From contig CM082586.2 in NCBI GenBank assembly GCA_040954595.2, forward strand, positions 2,919,124 to 2,983,123: 64,000 nt of DNA. The letters are read 5' to 3'. The notes under the pieces are model-generated. The model had not been told where the DNA came from. It ran no database searches and saw only the letters and a list, made by a program, of their open reading frames with translations. This DNA is from Balanoglossus misakiensis (taxonomy: Eukaryota; Animalia; Hemichordata). Shown here one piece after another: positions 46,901-61,900 of this stretch. How positions within the stretch are numbered: position 1 is the first letter of the stretch; each line of letters starts with the position of its first letter. The position numbers and the translations under genes are program-made.

Positions 46901-49900
46901 TGAAAATCCGCGAAGTCGAAAAATTGACATTTCTGGACGATTTTCATGAGCTATAACCCATGGTTTTTATCAAAAAATCACCAAATTTTGAAAATCCGCG
47001 AAGTCGAAAAATTGACATTTCTGGATGATTTTCATGAGCTATAACCCATGGTTTTTATCAAAAAATCACCAAATTTTGAAATTCCGCCAAGTCGAAAAAT
47101 TGACATTTCTGGATGATTTTTCATGAGCTATAACCCATGGTTTTTATCAAAAAATCACCAAATTTTAAAATTCCGCGAAGTCGAAAAATTGACATTTCTG
47201 GATGATTTTCATGAGCTATAACCCATGGGTTTTATCAAAAAATCACCAAATTTTGAAAATCCGCGAAGTCGAAAAATTGACATTTCTGGATGATTTTCAT
47301 GAGCTATAACCCATGGTTTTTATCAAAAAATCACCAAATTTTGAAAATCCGCGAAGTCGAAAAATTGACATTTCTGGATGATTTTCATGAGCTATAACCC
47401 ATGGTTTTTATCAAAAAATCACCAAATTTTGAAAATCCGCGAAGTCGAAAAATTAACATTTCTGGATGATTTTCATGAGCTATAACCCATGGTTTTTATC
47501 AAAAAATCACCAAATTTTGAAAATCCGCCAAGTCGAAAAATTGACATTTCTGGATGATTTTCATGAGCTATAACCCATGGTTTTTATCAAAAAATCACCA
47601 AATTTTGAAAATCCGTGAAGTCGAAAAATTGACATTTCTGGATGATTTTCATGAGCTATAACCCATGCTTTTTATCAAAAAATCACCAAATTTTGAAAAT
47701 CCGCGAAGTCGAAAAATTGACATTTCTGGATGATTTTCATGAGCTATAACCCATGGTTTTTATCAAAAAATCACCAAATTTTGAAAATCCGCGAAGTCGA
47801 AAAATTGACATTTCTGGATGATTTTCATGAGCTATAACCCATGGTTTTTATCAAAAAATCACCAAATTTTGAAATTCCGCGAAGTCGAAAAATTGACATT
47901 TCTGGATGATTTTCATGAGCTATAACCCATGGTTTTTATCAAAAAATCACCAAATTTTGAAAATCCGCGAAGTCGAAAAATTGACATTTCTGGATGATTT
48001 TCATGAGCTATAACCCATGGTTTTTATCAAAAAATCACCAAATTTTGAAAATCCGCGAAGTCGAAAAATTGACATTTCTGGATGATTTTCATGAGCTATA
48101 ACCCATGCTTTTTATCAAAAAATCACCAAATTTTGAAAATCCGCGAAGTCGAAAAATTAACATTTCTGGATGATTTTCATGAGCTATAACCCATGGTTTT
48201 TATCAAAAAATCACCAAATTTTGAAATTCCGCCAAGTCGAAAAATTGACATTTCTGGATGATTTTCATGAGCTATAACCCATGGTTTTTATCAAAAAATC
48301 ACCAAATTTTGAAAATCCGCGAAGTCGAAAAATTGACATTTCTGGATGATTTTCATGAGCTATAACCCATGCTTTTTATCAAAAAATCACCAAATTTTGA
48401 AAATCCGCGAAGTCGAAAAATTGACATTTCTGGATGATTTTCATGAGCTATAACCCATGCTTTTTATCAAAAAATCACCAAATTTTGAAAATCCGCGAAG
48501 TCGAAAAATTGACATTTCTGGATGATTTTCATGAGCTATAACCCATGGTTTTTATCAAAAAATCACCAAATTTTGAAAATCCGCGAAGTCGAAAAATTGA
48601 CATTTCTGGATGATTTTCATGAGCTATAACCCATGGTTTTTATCAAAAAATCACCAAATTTTGAAAATCCGCGAAGTCGAAAAATTGACATTTCTGGATG
48701 ATTTTCATGAGCTATAACCCATGGTTTTTATCAAAAAATCACCAAATTTTGAAATTCCGCCAAGTCGAAAAATTGACATTTGTGGATGATTTTCATGAGC
48801 TATAACCCATGGTTTTTATCAAAAAATCACCAAATTTTAAAAATCCGCGAAGTCGAAAAATTGACATTTCTGGATGATTTTCATGAGCTATAACCCATGG
48901 TTTTTATCAAAAAATCACCAAATTTTGAAAATCCACGAAGTCGAAAAATTGACATTTCTGGATGATTTTCATGAGCTATAACCCATGGTTTTTATCAAAA
49001 AATCACCAAATTTTGAAAATCCGCGAAGTCGAAAAATTGACATTTCTGGATGATTTTCATGAGCTATAACCCATGGTTTTTATCAAAAAATCACCAAATT
49101 TTGAAAATCCGCGAAGTCGAAAAATTGACATTTCTGGATGATTTTCATGAGCTATAACCCATGGTTTTTATCAAAAAATCACCAAATTTTGAAAATCCGC
49201 GAAGTCGAAAAATTGACATTTCTGGATGATTTTCATGAGCTATAACCCATGGTTTTTATCAAAAAATCACCAAATTTTGAAAATCCGCGAAGTCGAAAAA
49301 TTGACATTTCTGGATGATTTTCATGAGCTATAACCCATGCTTTTTATCAAAAACTCACCAAATTTTGAAAATCCGCGAAGTCGAAAAATTGACATTTCTG
49401 GATGATTTTCATGAGCTATAACCCATGCTTTTTATCAAAAAATCACCAAATTTTGAAAATCCGCGAAGTCGAAAAATTGACATTTCTGGATGATTTTCAT
49501 GAGCTATAACCCATGCTTTTTATCAAAAAATAACCAAATTTTGAAAATCCGCGAAGTCGAAAAATTGACATTTCTGGATGATTTTCATGAGCTATAACCC
49601 ATGGTTTTTATCAAAAAATCACCAAATTTTGAAAATCCGCGAAGTCGAAAAATTGACATTTCTGGATGATTTTCATGAGCTATAACCCATGGTTTTTATC
49701 AAAAAATCACCAAATTTTGAAATTCCGCCAAGTCGAAAAATTGACATTTCTGGATGATTTTCATGAGCTATAACCCATGGTTTTTATCAAAAAATCACCA
49801 AATTTTAAAAATCCGCGAAGTCGAAAAATTGACATTTCTGGATGATTTTCATGAGCTATAACCCATGGTTTTTATCAAAAAATCACCAAATTTTGAAAAT

Positions 49901-52900
49901 CCGCGAAGTCGAAAAATTGACATTTCTGGATGATTTTCATGAGCTATAACCCATGCTTTTTATCAAAAAATCACCAAATTTTGAAAATCCGCGAAGTCGA
50001 AAAATTGACATTTCTGGATGATTTTCATGAGCTATAACCCATGGTTTTTATCAAAAAATCACCAAATTTTGAAAATCCGCGAAGTCGAAAAATTGACATT
50101 TCTGGATGATTTTCATGAGCTATAACCCATGGTTTTTATCAAAAAATCACCAAATTTTGAAAATCCGCGAAGTCGAAAAATTGACATTTCTGGATGATTT
50201 TCATGAGCTATAACCCATGGTTTTTATCAAAAAATCACCAAATTTTGAAAATCCGCGAAGTCGAAAAATTGACATTTCTGGATGATTTTCATGAGCTATA
50301 ACCCATGGTTTTTATCAAAAAATCACCAAATTTTGAAAATCTGCGAAGTCGAAAAATTGACATTTCTGGATGATTTTCATGAGCTATAACCCATGGTTTT
50401 TATCAAAAAATCACCAAATTTTGAAAATCCGCGAAGTCGAAAAATTGACATTTCTGGATGATTTTCATGAGCTATAACCCATGGTTTTTATCAAAAAATC
50501 ACCAAATTTTGAAAATCCGCCAAGTCGAAAAATTGACATTTCTGGATGATTTTCATGAGCTATAACCCATGGTTTTTATCAAAAAATCACCAAATTTTAA
50601 AAATCCGCGAAGTCGAAAAATTGACATTTCTGGATGATTTTCATGAGCTATAACCCATGGTTTTTATCAAAAAATCACCAAATTTTGAAAATCCGCGAAG
50701 TCGAAAAATTGACATTTCTGGATGATTTTCATGAGCTATAACCCATGGTTTTTATCAAAAAATCACCAAATTTTGAAAATCCGCGAAGTCGAAAAATTAA
50801 CATTTCTGGATGATTTTCATGAGCTATAACCCATGGTTTTTATCAAAAAATCACCAAATTTTGAAATTCCGCCAAGTCGAAAAATTGACATTTCTGGATG
50901 ATTTTCATGAGCTATAACCCATGGTTTTAATCAAAAAATCACCAAATTTTGAAAATCCGCGAAGTCGAAAAATTGACATTTCTGGATGATTTTCATGAGC
51001 TATAACCCATGGTTTTTATCAAAAAATCACCAAATTTTGAAAATCCGCGAAGTCGAAAAATTGACATTTCTGGATGATTTTCATGAGCTATAACCCATGG
51101 TTTTTATCAAAAAATCACCAAATTTTGAAATTCCGCCAAGTCGAAAAATTGACATTTCTGGATGATTTTCATGAGCTATAACCCATGGTTTTTATCAAAA
51201 AATCACCAAATTTTAAAAATCCGCGAAGTCGAAAAATTGACATTTCTGGATGATTTTCATGAGCTATAACCCATGGTTTTTATCAAAAAATCACCAAATT
51301 TTGAAAATCCGCGAAGTCGAAAAATTGACATTTCTGGATGATTTTCATGAGCTATAACCCATGGTTTTTATCAAAAAATCACCAAATTTTGAAAATCCGC
51401 GAAGTCGAAAAATTAACATTTCTGGATGATTTTCATGAGCTATAACCCATGGTTTTTATCAAAAAATCACCAAATTTTGAAAATCCGCCAAGTCGAAAAA
51501 TTGACATTTCTGGATGATTTTCATGAGCTATAACCCATGGTTTTTATCAAAAAATCACCAAATTTTGAAATTCCGCGAAGTCGAAAAATTAACATTTCTG
51601 GATGATTTTCATGAGCTATAACCCATGGTTTTTATCAAAAAATCACCAAATTTTGAAAATCCGCGAAGTCGAAAAATTGACATTTCTGGATGATTTTCAT
51701 GAGCTATAACCCATGGTTTTTATCAAAAAATCACCAAATTTTGAAAATCCGCGAAGTCGAAAAATTGACATTTCTGGATGATTTTCATGAGCTATAACCC
51801 ATGGTTTTTATCAAAAAATCACCAAATTTTGAAAATCCGCGAAGTCGAAAAATTGACATTTCTGGATGATTTTCATGAGCTATAACCCATGCTTTTTATC
51901 AAAAAATCACCAAATTTTGAAAATCCGCGAAGTCGAAAAATTGACATTTCTGGATGATTTTCATGAGCTATAACCCATGCTTTTTATCAAAAAATCACCA
52001 AATTTTGAAAATCCACGAAGTCGAAAAATTGACATTTCTGGATGATTTTCATGAGCTATAACCCATGCTTTTTATCAAAAAATCACCAAATTTTGAAAAT
52101 CCACGAAGTCGAAAAATTGACATTTCTGGATGATTTTCATGAGCTATAACCCATGCTTTTTATCAAAAAATCACCAAATTTTGAAAATCCGCGAAGTCGA
52201 AAAATTGACATTTCTGGATGATTTTCATGAGCTATAACCCATGGTTTTTATCAAAAAATCACCAAATTTTGAAATTCCGCCAAGTCGAAAAATTGACATT
52301 TCTGGATGATTTTCATGAGCTATAACCCATGGTTTTTATCAAAAAATCACCAAATTTTAAAAATCCGCGAAGTCGAAAAATTGACATTTCTGGATGATTT
52401 TCATGAGCTATAACCCATGGTTTTTATAAAAAAAATCACCAAATTTTGAAAATCCGCGAAGTCGAAAAATTGACATTTCTGGATGATTTTCATGAGCTAT
52501 AACCCATGCTTTTTATCAAAAAATCACCAAATTTTGAAAATCCGCGAAGTCGAAAAATTGACATTTCTGGATGATTTTCATGAGCTATAACCCATGGTTT
52601 TTATCAAAAAATCACCAAATTTTGAAATTCCGCCAAGTCGAAAAATTGACATTTCTGGATGATTTTCATGAGCTATAACCCATGGTTTTTATCAAAAAAT
52701 CACCAAATTTTGAAAATCCGCGAAGTCGAAAAATTGACATTTCTGGATGATTTTCATGAGCTATAACCCATGGTTTTTATCAAAAAATCACCAAATTTTG
52801 AAAATCCGCGAAGTCGAAAAATTGACATTTCTGGATGATTTTCATGAGCTATAACCCATGGTTTTTATCAAAAAATCACCAAATTTTGAAAATCCGCGAA

Positions 52901-55900
52901 GTCGAAAAATTAACATTTCTGGATGATTTTCATGAGCTATAACCCATGGTTTTTATCAAAAAATCACCAAATTTTGAAAATCCGCGAAGTCGAAAAATTG
53001 ACATTTCTGGATGATTTTCATGAGCTATAACCCATGAGTTTTATCAAAAAATCACCAAATTTTGAAAATCCGCGAAGTCGAAAAATTGACATTTCTGGAT
53101 GATTTTCATGAGCTATAACCCATGGTTTTTATCAAAAAATCACCAAATTTTGAAAATCCGCGAAGTCGAAAAATTGACATTTCTGGATGATTTTCATGAG
53201 CTATAACCCATGGTTTTTATCAAAAAATCACCAAATTTTGAAAATCCGCGAAGTCGAAAAATTGACATTTCTGGATGATTTTCATGAGCTATAACCCATG
53301 GTTTTTATCAAAAAATCACCAAATTTTGAAAATCCGCGAAGTCGAAAAATTGACATTTCTGGATGATTTTCATGAGCTATAACCCATGGTTTTTATCAAA
53401 AAATCACCAAATTTTGAAAATCCGCGAAGTCGAAAAATTGACATTTCTGGATGATTTTCATGAGCTATAACCCATGGTTTTTATCAAAAAATCACCAAAT
53501 TTTGAAAATCCGCGAAGTCGAAAAATTGACATTTCTGGATGATTTTCATGAGCTATAACCCATGCTTTTTATCAAAAAATCACCAAATTTTGAAAATCCG
53601 CGAAGTCGAAAAATTGACATTTCTGGATGATTTTCATGAGCTATAACCCATGCTTTTTATCAAAAAATCACCAAATTTTGAAAATCCGCGAAGTCGAAAA
53701 ATTGACATTTCTGGATGATTTTCATGAGCTATAACCCATGGTTTTTATCAAAAAATCACCAAATTTTGAAAATCCGCGAAGTCGAAAAATTGACATTTCT
53801 GGATGATTTTCATGAGCTATAACCCATGGTTTTTATCAAAAAATCACCAAATTTTGAAAATCCGCGAAGTCGAAAAATTGACATTTCTGGATGATTTTCA
53901 TGAGCTATAACCCATGGTTTTTATCAAAAAATCACCAAATTTTGAAAATCCGCGAAGTCGAAAAATTGACATTTCTGGATGATTTTCATGAGCTATAACC
54001 CATGGTTTTTATCATAAAATCACCAAATTTTGAAAATCCGCGAAGTCGAAAACTTGACATTTCTGGATGATTTTCATGAGCTATAACCCATGGTTTTTAT
54101 CAAAAAATCACCAAATTTTGAAAATCCGCGAAGTCGAAAAATTGACATTTCTGGATGATTTTCATGAGCTATAACCCATGGTTTTTATCAAAAAATCACC
54201 AAATTTTGAAAATCCGCGAAGTCGAAAAATTAACATTTCTGGATGATTTTCATGAGCTATAACCCATGGTTTTTATCAAAAAATCACCAAATTTTGAAAA
54301 TCCGCGAAGTCGAAAAATTGACATTTCTGGATGATTTTCATAAGCTATAACCCATGGTTTTTATCAAAAAATCACCAAATTTTGAAAATCCGCGAAGTCG
54401 AAAAATTGACATTTCTGGATGATTTTCATGAGCTATGACCCATGGTTTTTATCAAAAAATCACCAAATTTTGAAAATCCGCGAAGTCGAAAAATTGACAT
54501 TTCTGGATGATTTTCATGAGCTATAACCCATGGTTTTTATCATAAAATCACCAATGGGTTATAGCTCATGAAAATCATCCAGAAATGTCAATTTTTCGAC
54601 TTGGCGGAATTTCAAAATTTGGTGATTTTTTGATAAAAACCATTGGTTATAGCTCATGAAAATCATCCAGAAATGTCAATTTTTCGACTTCGCGGATTTT
54701 CAAAATTTGGTGATTTTTTGATAAAAACCATGGGTTATAGCTCATGAAAATCATCCAGAAATGTCAATTTTTCGACTTCGCGGATTTTCAAAATTTGGTG
54801 ATTTTTTGATAAAAACCATGGGTTATAGCTCATGAAAATCATCCAGAAATGTCAATTTTTCGACTTCGCGGATTTTCAAAATTTGGTGATTTTTTGATAA
54901 AAACCATGGGTTATAGCTCATGAAAATCATCCAGAAATGTCAATTTTTCGACTTCGCGGATTTTCAAAATTTGGTGATTTTTTGATAAAAACCATGGGTT
55001 ATAGCTCATGAAAATCATCCAGAAATGACAATTTTTCGACTTTGTGCGAATTTTCAAAATTTCTTCATTTTTTCGAAAAAACCATGGGTTATAGCTCATG
55101 AAAATCATCCAGAAATGACAATTTTTCGACTTCGCGGATTTTCAAAATTTGGTGATTTTTTGATAAAAACCATGGGTTATAGCTCATGAAAATCATCCAG
55201 AAATGTCAATTTTTCGACTTCGCGGATTTTCAAAATTTGGTGATTTTTTGATAAAAACCATGGGTTATAACTCATGAAAATCATCCAGAAATGTCAATTT
55301 TTCGACTTCGCGGATTTTCAAATTTTGGTGATTTTCTGATAAAAACCATGGGTTATAGCTCATGAAAATCATCCAGAAATGTCAATTTTTCGACTTCGCG
55401 GATTTTCAAAATTTGGTGATTTTTTGATAAAAACCATGGGTTATAGCTCATGAAAATCATCCAGAAATGTCAATTTTTCGACTTCGCGGATTTTCAAAAT
55501 TTGGTGATTTTTTGATAAAAACCATGGGTTATAGCTCATGAAAATCATCCAGAAATGTCAATTTTTCGACTTGGCGGATTTTCAAAATTTGGTGATTTTT
55601 TGATAAAAAGCATGGGTTATAGCTCATGAAAATCATCCAGAAATGTCAATTTTTCGACTTCGCGGATTTTCAAAATTTGGTGATTTTTTGATAAAAAGCA
55701 TGGGTTATAGCTCATGAAAATCATCCAGAAATGTCAATTTTTCGACTTCGCGGATTTTCAAAATTTGGTGATTTTTTGATAAAAACCATGGGTTATAGCT
55801 CATGAAAATCATCCAGAAATGTCAATTTTTCGACTTCGCGGATTTTCAAAATTTGGTGATTTTTTGATAAAAACCATGGGTTATAGCTCATGAAAATCAT

Positions 55901-58900
55901 CCAGAAATGTCAATTTTTCGACTTCGCGGATTTTCAAAATTTGGTGATTTTTTGATAAAAAGCATGGGTTATAGCTCATGAAAATCATCCAGAAATGTCA
56001 ATTTTTCGACTTCGCGGATTTTCAAAATTTGGTGATTTTTTGATAAAACTCATGGGTTATAGCTCATGAAAATCATCCAGAAATGTCAATTTTTCGACTT
56101 CGCGGATTTTCAAAATTTGGTGATTTTTTGATAAAAACCATGGGTTATAGCTCATGAAAATCATCCAGAAATGTCAATTTTTCGACTTCGCGGATTTTTA
56201 AAATTTGGTGATTTTTTGATAAAAACCATGGGTTATAGCTCATGAAAATCATCCAGAAATGTCAATTTTTCGACTTGGCGGAATTTCAAAATTTGGTGAT
56301 TTTTTGATAAAAACCATGGGTTATAGCTCATGAAAATCATCCAGAAATGACAATTTTTCGACTTCGCGGATTTTCAAAATTTGGTGATTTTTTGATAAAA
56401 ACCATGGGTTATAGCTCATGAAAATCATCCAGAAATGTCAATTTTTCGACTTCGCGGATTTTCAAAATTTGGTGATTTTTTGATAAAAACCATGGGTTAT
56501 AGCTCATGAAAATCATCCAGAAATGTCAATTTTTCGACTTCGCGGATTTTCAAATTTTGGTGATTTTCTGATAAAAACCATGGGTTATAGCTCATGAAAA
56601 TCATCCAGAAATGTCAATTTTTCGACTTCGCGGATTTTCAAAATTTGGTGATTTTTTGATAAAAACCATGGGTTATAGCTCATGAAAATCATCCAGAAAT
56701 GTCAATTTTTCGACTTCGCGGATTTTCAAAATTTGGTGATTTTTTGATAAAAACCATGGGTTATAGCTCATGAAAATCATCCAGAAATGTCAATTTTTCG
56801 ACTTCGCGGATTTTCAAAATTTGGTGATTTTTTGATAAAAAGCATGGGTTATAGCTCATGAAAATCATCCAGAAATGTCAATTTTTCGACTTCGCGGATT
56901 TTCAAAATTTGGTGATTTTTTGATAAAAAGCATGGGTTATAGCTCATGAAAATCATCCAGAAATGTCAATTTTTCGACTTCGCGGATTTTCAAAATTTGG
57001 TGATTTTTTGATAAAAACCATGGGTTATAGCTCATGAAAATCATCCAGAAATGTCAATTTTTCGACTTCGCGGATTTTCAAAATTTGGTGATTTTTTGAT
57101 AAAAACCATGGGTTATAGCTCATGAAAATCATCCAGAAATGTCAATTTTTCGACTTCGCGGATTTTCAAAATTTGGTGATTTTTTGATAAAAAGCATGGG
57201 TTATAGCTCATGAAAATCATCCAGAAATGTCAATTTTTCGACTTCGCGGATTTTCAAAATTTGGTGATTTTTTGATAAAACTCATGGGTTATAGCTCATG
57301 AAAATCATCCAGAAATGTCAATTTTTCGACTTCGCGGATTTTCAAAATTTGGTGATTTTTTGATAAAAACCATGGGTTATAGCTCATGAAAATCATCCAG
57401 AAATGTCAATTTTTCGACTTCGCGGATTTTCAAAATTTGGTGATTTTTTGATAAAAACCATGGGTTATAGCTCATGAAAATCATCCAGAAATGTCAATTT
57501 TTCGACTTCGCGGATTTTCAAAATTTGGTGATTTTTTGATAAAAAGCATGGGTTATAGCTCATGAAAATCATCCAGAAATGTCAATTTTTCGACTTCGCG
57601 GATTTTCAAAATTTGGTGATTTTTTGATAAAAAGCATGGGTTCTAGCTTATGAAAATCATCCAGAAATGTCAATTTTTCGACTTCGCGGATTTTCAAAAT
57701 TTGGTGATTTTTTGATAAAAACCATGGGTTATAGCTCATGAAAATCATCCAGAAATGTCAATTTTTCGACTTCGCGGATTTTCAAAATTTGGTGATTTTT
57801 TGATAAAAACCATGGGTTATAGCTCATGAAAATCATCCAGAAATGTCAATTTTTCGACTTCGCGGATTTTCAAAATTTGGTGATTTTTTGATAAAAACCA
57901 TGGGTTATAGCTCATGAAAATCATCCAGAAATGTCAATTTTTCGACTTCGCGGATTTTCAAAATTTGGTGATTTTTTGATAAAAAGCATGGGTTATAGCT
58001 CATGAAAATCATCCAGAAATGTCAATTTTTCGACTTCGCGGATTTTCAAAATTTGGTGATTTTTTGATAAAAAGCATGGGTTATAGCTCATGAAAATCAT
58101 CCAGAAATGTCAATTTTTCGACTTCGCGGATTTTCAAAATTTGGTGATTTTTTGATAAAAACCATGGGTTATAGCTCATGAAAATCATCCAGAAATGTCA
58201 ATTTTTCGACTTCGCGGATTTTCAAAATTTGGTGATTTTTTGATAAAAACCATGGGTTATAGCTCATGAAAATCATCCAGAAATGTCAATTTTTCGACTT
58301 CGCGGATTTTCAAAATTTGGTGATTTTTTGATAAAAACCATGGGTTATAGCTCATGAAAATCATCCAGAAATGTCAATTTTTCGACTTCGCGGATTTTCA
58401 AAATTTGGTGATTTTTTGATAAAAACCATGGGTTATAGCTCATGAAAATCATCCAGAAATGTCAATTTTTCGACTTCGCGGATTTTCAAAATTTGGTGAT
58501 TTTTTGATAAAAACCATGGGTTATAGCTCATGAAAATCATCCAGAAATGTCAATTTTTCGACTTCGCGGATTTTCAAAATTTGGTGATTTTTTGATAAAA
58601 ACCATGGGTTATAGCTCATGAAAATCATCCAGAAATGTCAATTTTTCGACTTCGCGGATTTTCAAAATTTGGTGATTTTTTGATAAAAAGCATGGGTTAT
58701 AGCTCATGAAAATCATCCAGAAATGTCAATTTTTCGACTTCGCGGATTTTCAAATTTTGGTGATTTTCTGATAAAAACCATGGGTTATAGCTCATGAAAA
58801 TCATCCAGAAATGTCAATTTTTCGACTTCGCGGATTTTCAAAATTTGGTGATTTTTTGATAAAAAGCATGGGTTATAGCTCATGAAAATCATCCAGAAAT

Positions 58901-61900
58901 GTCAATTTTTCGACTTCGCGGATTTTCAAATTTTGGTGATTTTCTGATAAAAACCATGGGTTATAGCTCATGAAAATCATCCAGAAATGTCAATTTTTCG
59001 ACTTCGCGGATTTTCAAAATTTGGTGATTTTTTGATAAAAACCATGGGTTATAGCTCATGAAAATCATCCAGAAATGTCAATTTTTCGACTTCGCGGATT
59101 TTCAAAATTTGGTGATTTTTTGATAAAAACCATGGGTTATAGCTCATGAAAATCATCCAGAAATGTCAATTTTTCGACTTCGCGGATTTTCAAAATTTGG
59201 TGATTTTTTGATAAAAACCATGGGTTATAGCTCATGAAAATCATCCAGAAATGTCAATTTTTCGACTTCGCGGATTTTCAAAATTTGGTGATTTTTTGAT
59301 AAAAAGCATGGGTTATAGCTCATGAAAATCATCCAGAAATGTCAATTTTTCGACTTCGCGGATTTTCAAAATTTGGTGATTTTTTGATAAAAAGCATGGG
59401 TTATAGCTCATGAAAATCATCCAGAAATGTCAATTTTTCGACTTCGCGGATTTTCAAAATTTGGTGATTTTTTGATAAAAACCATGGGTTATAGCTCATG
59501 AAAATCATCCAGAAATGTCAATTTTTCGACTTCGCGGATTTTCAAAATTTGGTGATTTTTTGATAAAAAGCATGGGTTATAGCTCATGAAAATCATCCAG
59601 AAATGTCAATTTTTCGACTTCGCGGATTTTCAAAATTTGGTGATTTTTTGATAAAAAGCATGGGTTATAGCTCATGAAAATCATCCAGAAATGTCAATTT
59701 TTCGACTTCGCGGATTTTCAAAATTTGGTGATTTTCTGATAAAAAGCATGGGTTATAGCTCATGAAAATCATCCAGAAATGTCAATTTTTCGACTTCGCG
59801 GATTTTCAAAATTTGGTGATTTTTTGATAAAAACCATGGGTTATAGCTCATGAAAATCATCCAGAAATGTCAATTTTTCCACTTCGCGGATTTTCAAAAT
59901 TTGGCGATTTTTTGATAAAAACCATGGGTTATAGCTCATGAAAATCATCCAGAAATGTCAATTTTTCGACTTCGCGGATTTTCAAAATTTGGTGATTTTT
60001 TGATAAAAACCATGGGTTATAGCTCATGAAAATCATCCAGAAATGTCAATTTTTCGACTTCGCGGATTTTCAAAATTTGGTGATTTTTTGATAAAAACCA
60101 TGGGTTATAGCTCATGAAAATCATCCAGAAATGTCAATTTTTCGACTTCGCGGATTTTCAAAATTTGGTGATTTTTTGATAAAAAGCATGGGTTATAGCT
60201 CATGAAAATCATCCAGAAATGTCAATTTTTCGACTTCGCGGATTTTCAAAATTTGGTGATTTTTTGATAAAAAGCATGGGTTATAGCTCATGAAAATCAT
60301 CCAGAAATGTCAATTTTTCGACTTCGCGGATTTTCAAAATTTGGTGATTTTCTGATAAAAAGCATGGGTTATAGCTCATGAAAATCATCCAGAAATGTCA
60401 ATTTTTCGACTTCGCGGATTTTCAAAATTTGGTGATTTTTTGATAAAAACCATGGGTTATAGCTCATGAAAATCATCCAGAAATGTCAATTTTTCGACTT
60501 CGCGGATTTTCAAAATTTGGTGATTTTTTGATAAAAACCATGGGTTATAGCTCATGAAAATCATCCAGAAATGTCAATTTTTCGACTTCGCGGATTTTCA
60601 AAATTTGGTGATTTTTTGATAAAAAGCATGGGTTATAGCTCATGAAAATCATCCAGAAATGTCAATTTTTCGACTTCGCGGATTTTCAAAATTTGGTGAT
60701 TTTTTGATAAAAAGCATGGGTTATAGCTCATGAAAATCATCCAGAAATGTCAATTTTTCGACTTCGCGGATTTTCAAAATTTGGTGATTTTCTGATAAAA
60801 ACCATGGGTTATAGCTCATGAAAATCATCCAGAAATGTCAATTTTTCGACTTCGCGGATTTTCAAAATTTGGTGATTTTTTGATAAAAACCATGGGTTAT
60901 AGCTCATGAAAATCATCCAGAAATGTCAATTTTTCCACTTCGCGGATTTTCAAAATTTGGCGATTTTTTGATAAAAACCATGGGTTATAGCTCATGAAAA
61001 TCATCCAGAAATGTTAATTTTTCGACTTCGCGGATTTTCAAAATTTGGCGATTTTTTGATAAAAACCATGGGTTATAGCTCATGAAAATCATCCAGAAAT
61101 GTCAATTTTTCGACTTCGCGGATTTTCAAAATTTGGTGATTTTTTGATAAAAACCATGGGTTATAGCTCATGAAAATCATCCAGAAATGTCAATTTTTCG
61201 ACTTCGCGGATTTTCAAAATTTGGTGATTTTTTGATAAAAACCATGGGTTATAGCTCATGAAAATCATCCAGAAATGTCAATTTTTCGACTTCGCGGATT
61301 TTCAAAATTTGGTGATTTTTTGATAAAAACCATGGGTTATAGCTCATGAAAATCATCCAGAAATGTCAATTTTTCGACTTCGCGGATTTTCAAAATTTGG
61401 TGATTTTTTGATAAAACTCATGGGTTATAGCTCATGAAAATCATCCAGAAATGTCAATTTTTCGACTTCGCGGATTTTCAAAATTTGGTGATTTTTTGAT
61501 AAAAACCATGGGTTATAGCTCATGAAAATCATCCAGAAATGTCAATTTTTCGACTTCGCGGATTTTCAAAATTTGGTGATTTTTTGATAAAAAGCATGGG
61601 TTATAGCTCATGAAAATCATCCAGAAATGTCAATTTTTCGACTTCGCGGATTTTCAAAATTTGGTGATTTTTTGATAAAAACCATGGGTTATAGCTCATG
61701 AAAATCATCCAGAAATGTCAATTTTTCGACTTCGCGGATTTTCAAAATTTGGTGATTTTTTGATAAAAACCATGGGTTATAGCTCATGAAAATCATCCAG
61801 AAATGTCAATTTTTCGACTTCGCGGATTTTCAAAATTTGGTGATTTTTTGATAAAAAGCATGGGTTATAGCTCATGAAAATCATCCAGAAATGTCAATTT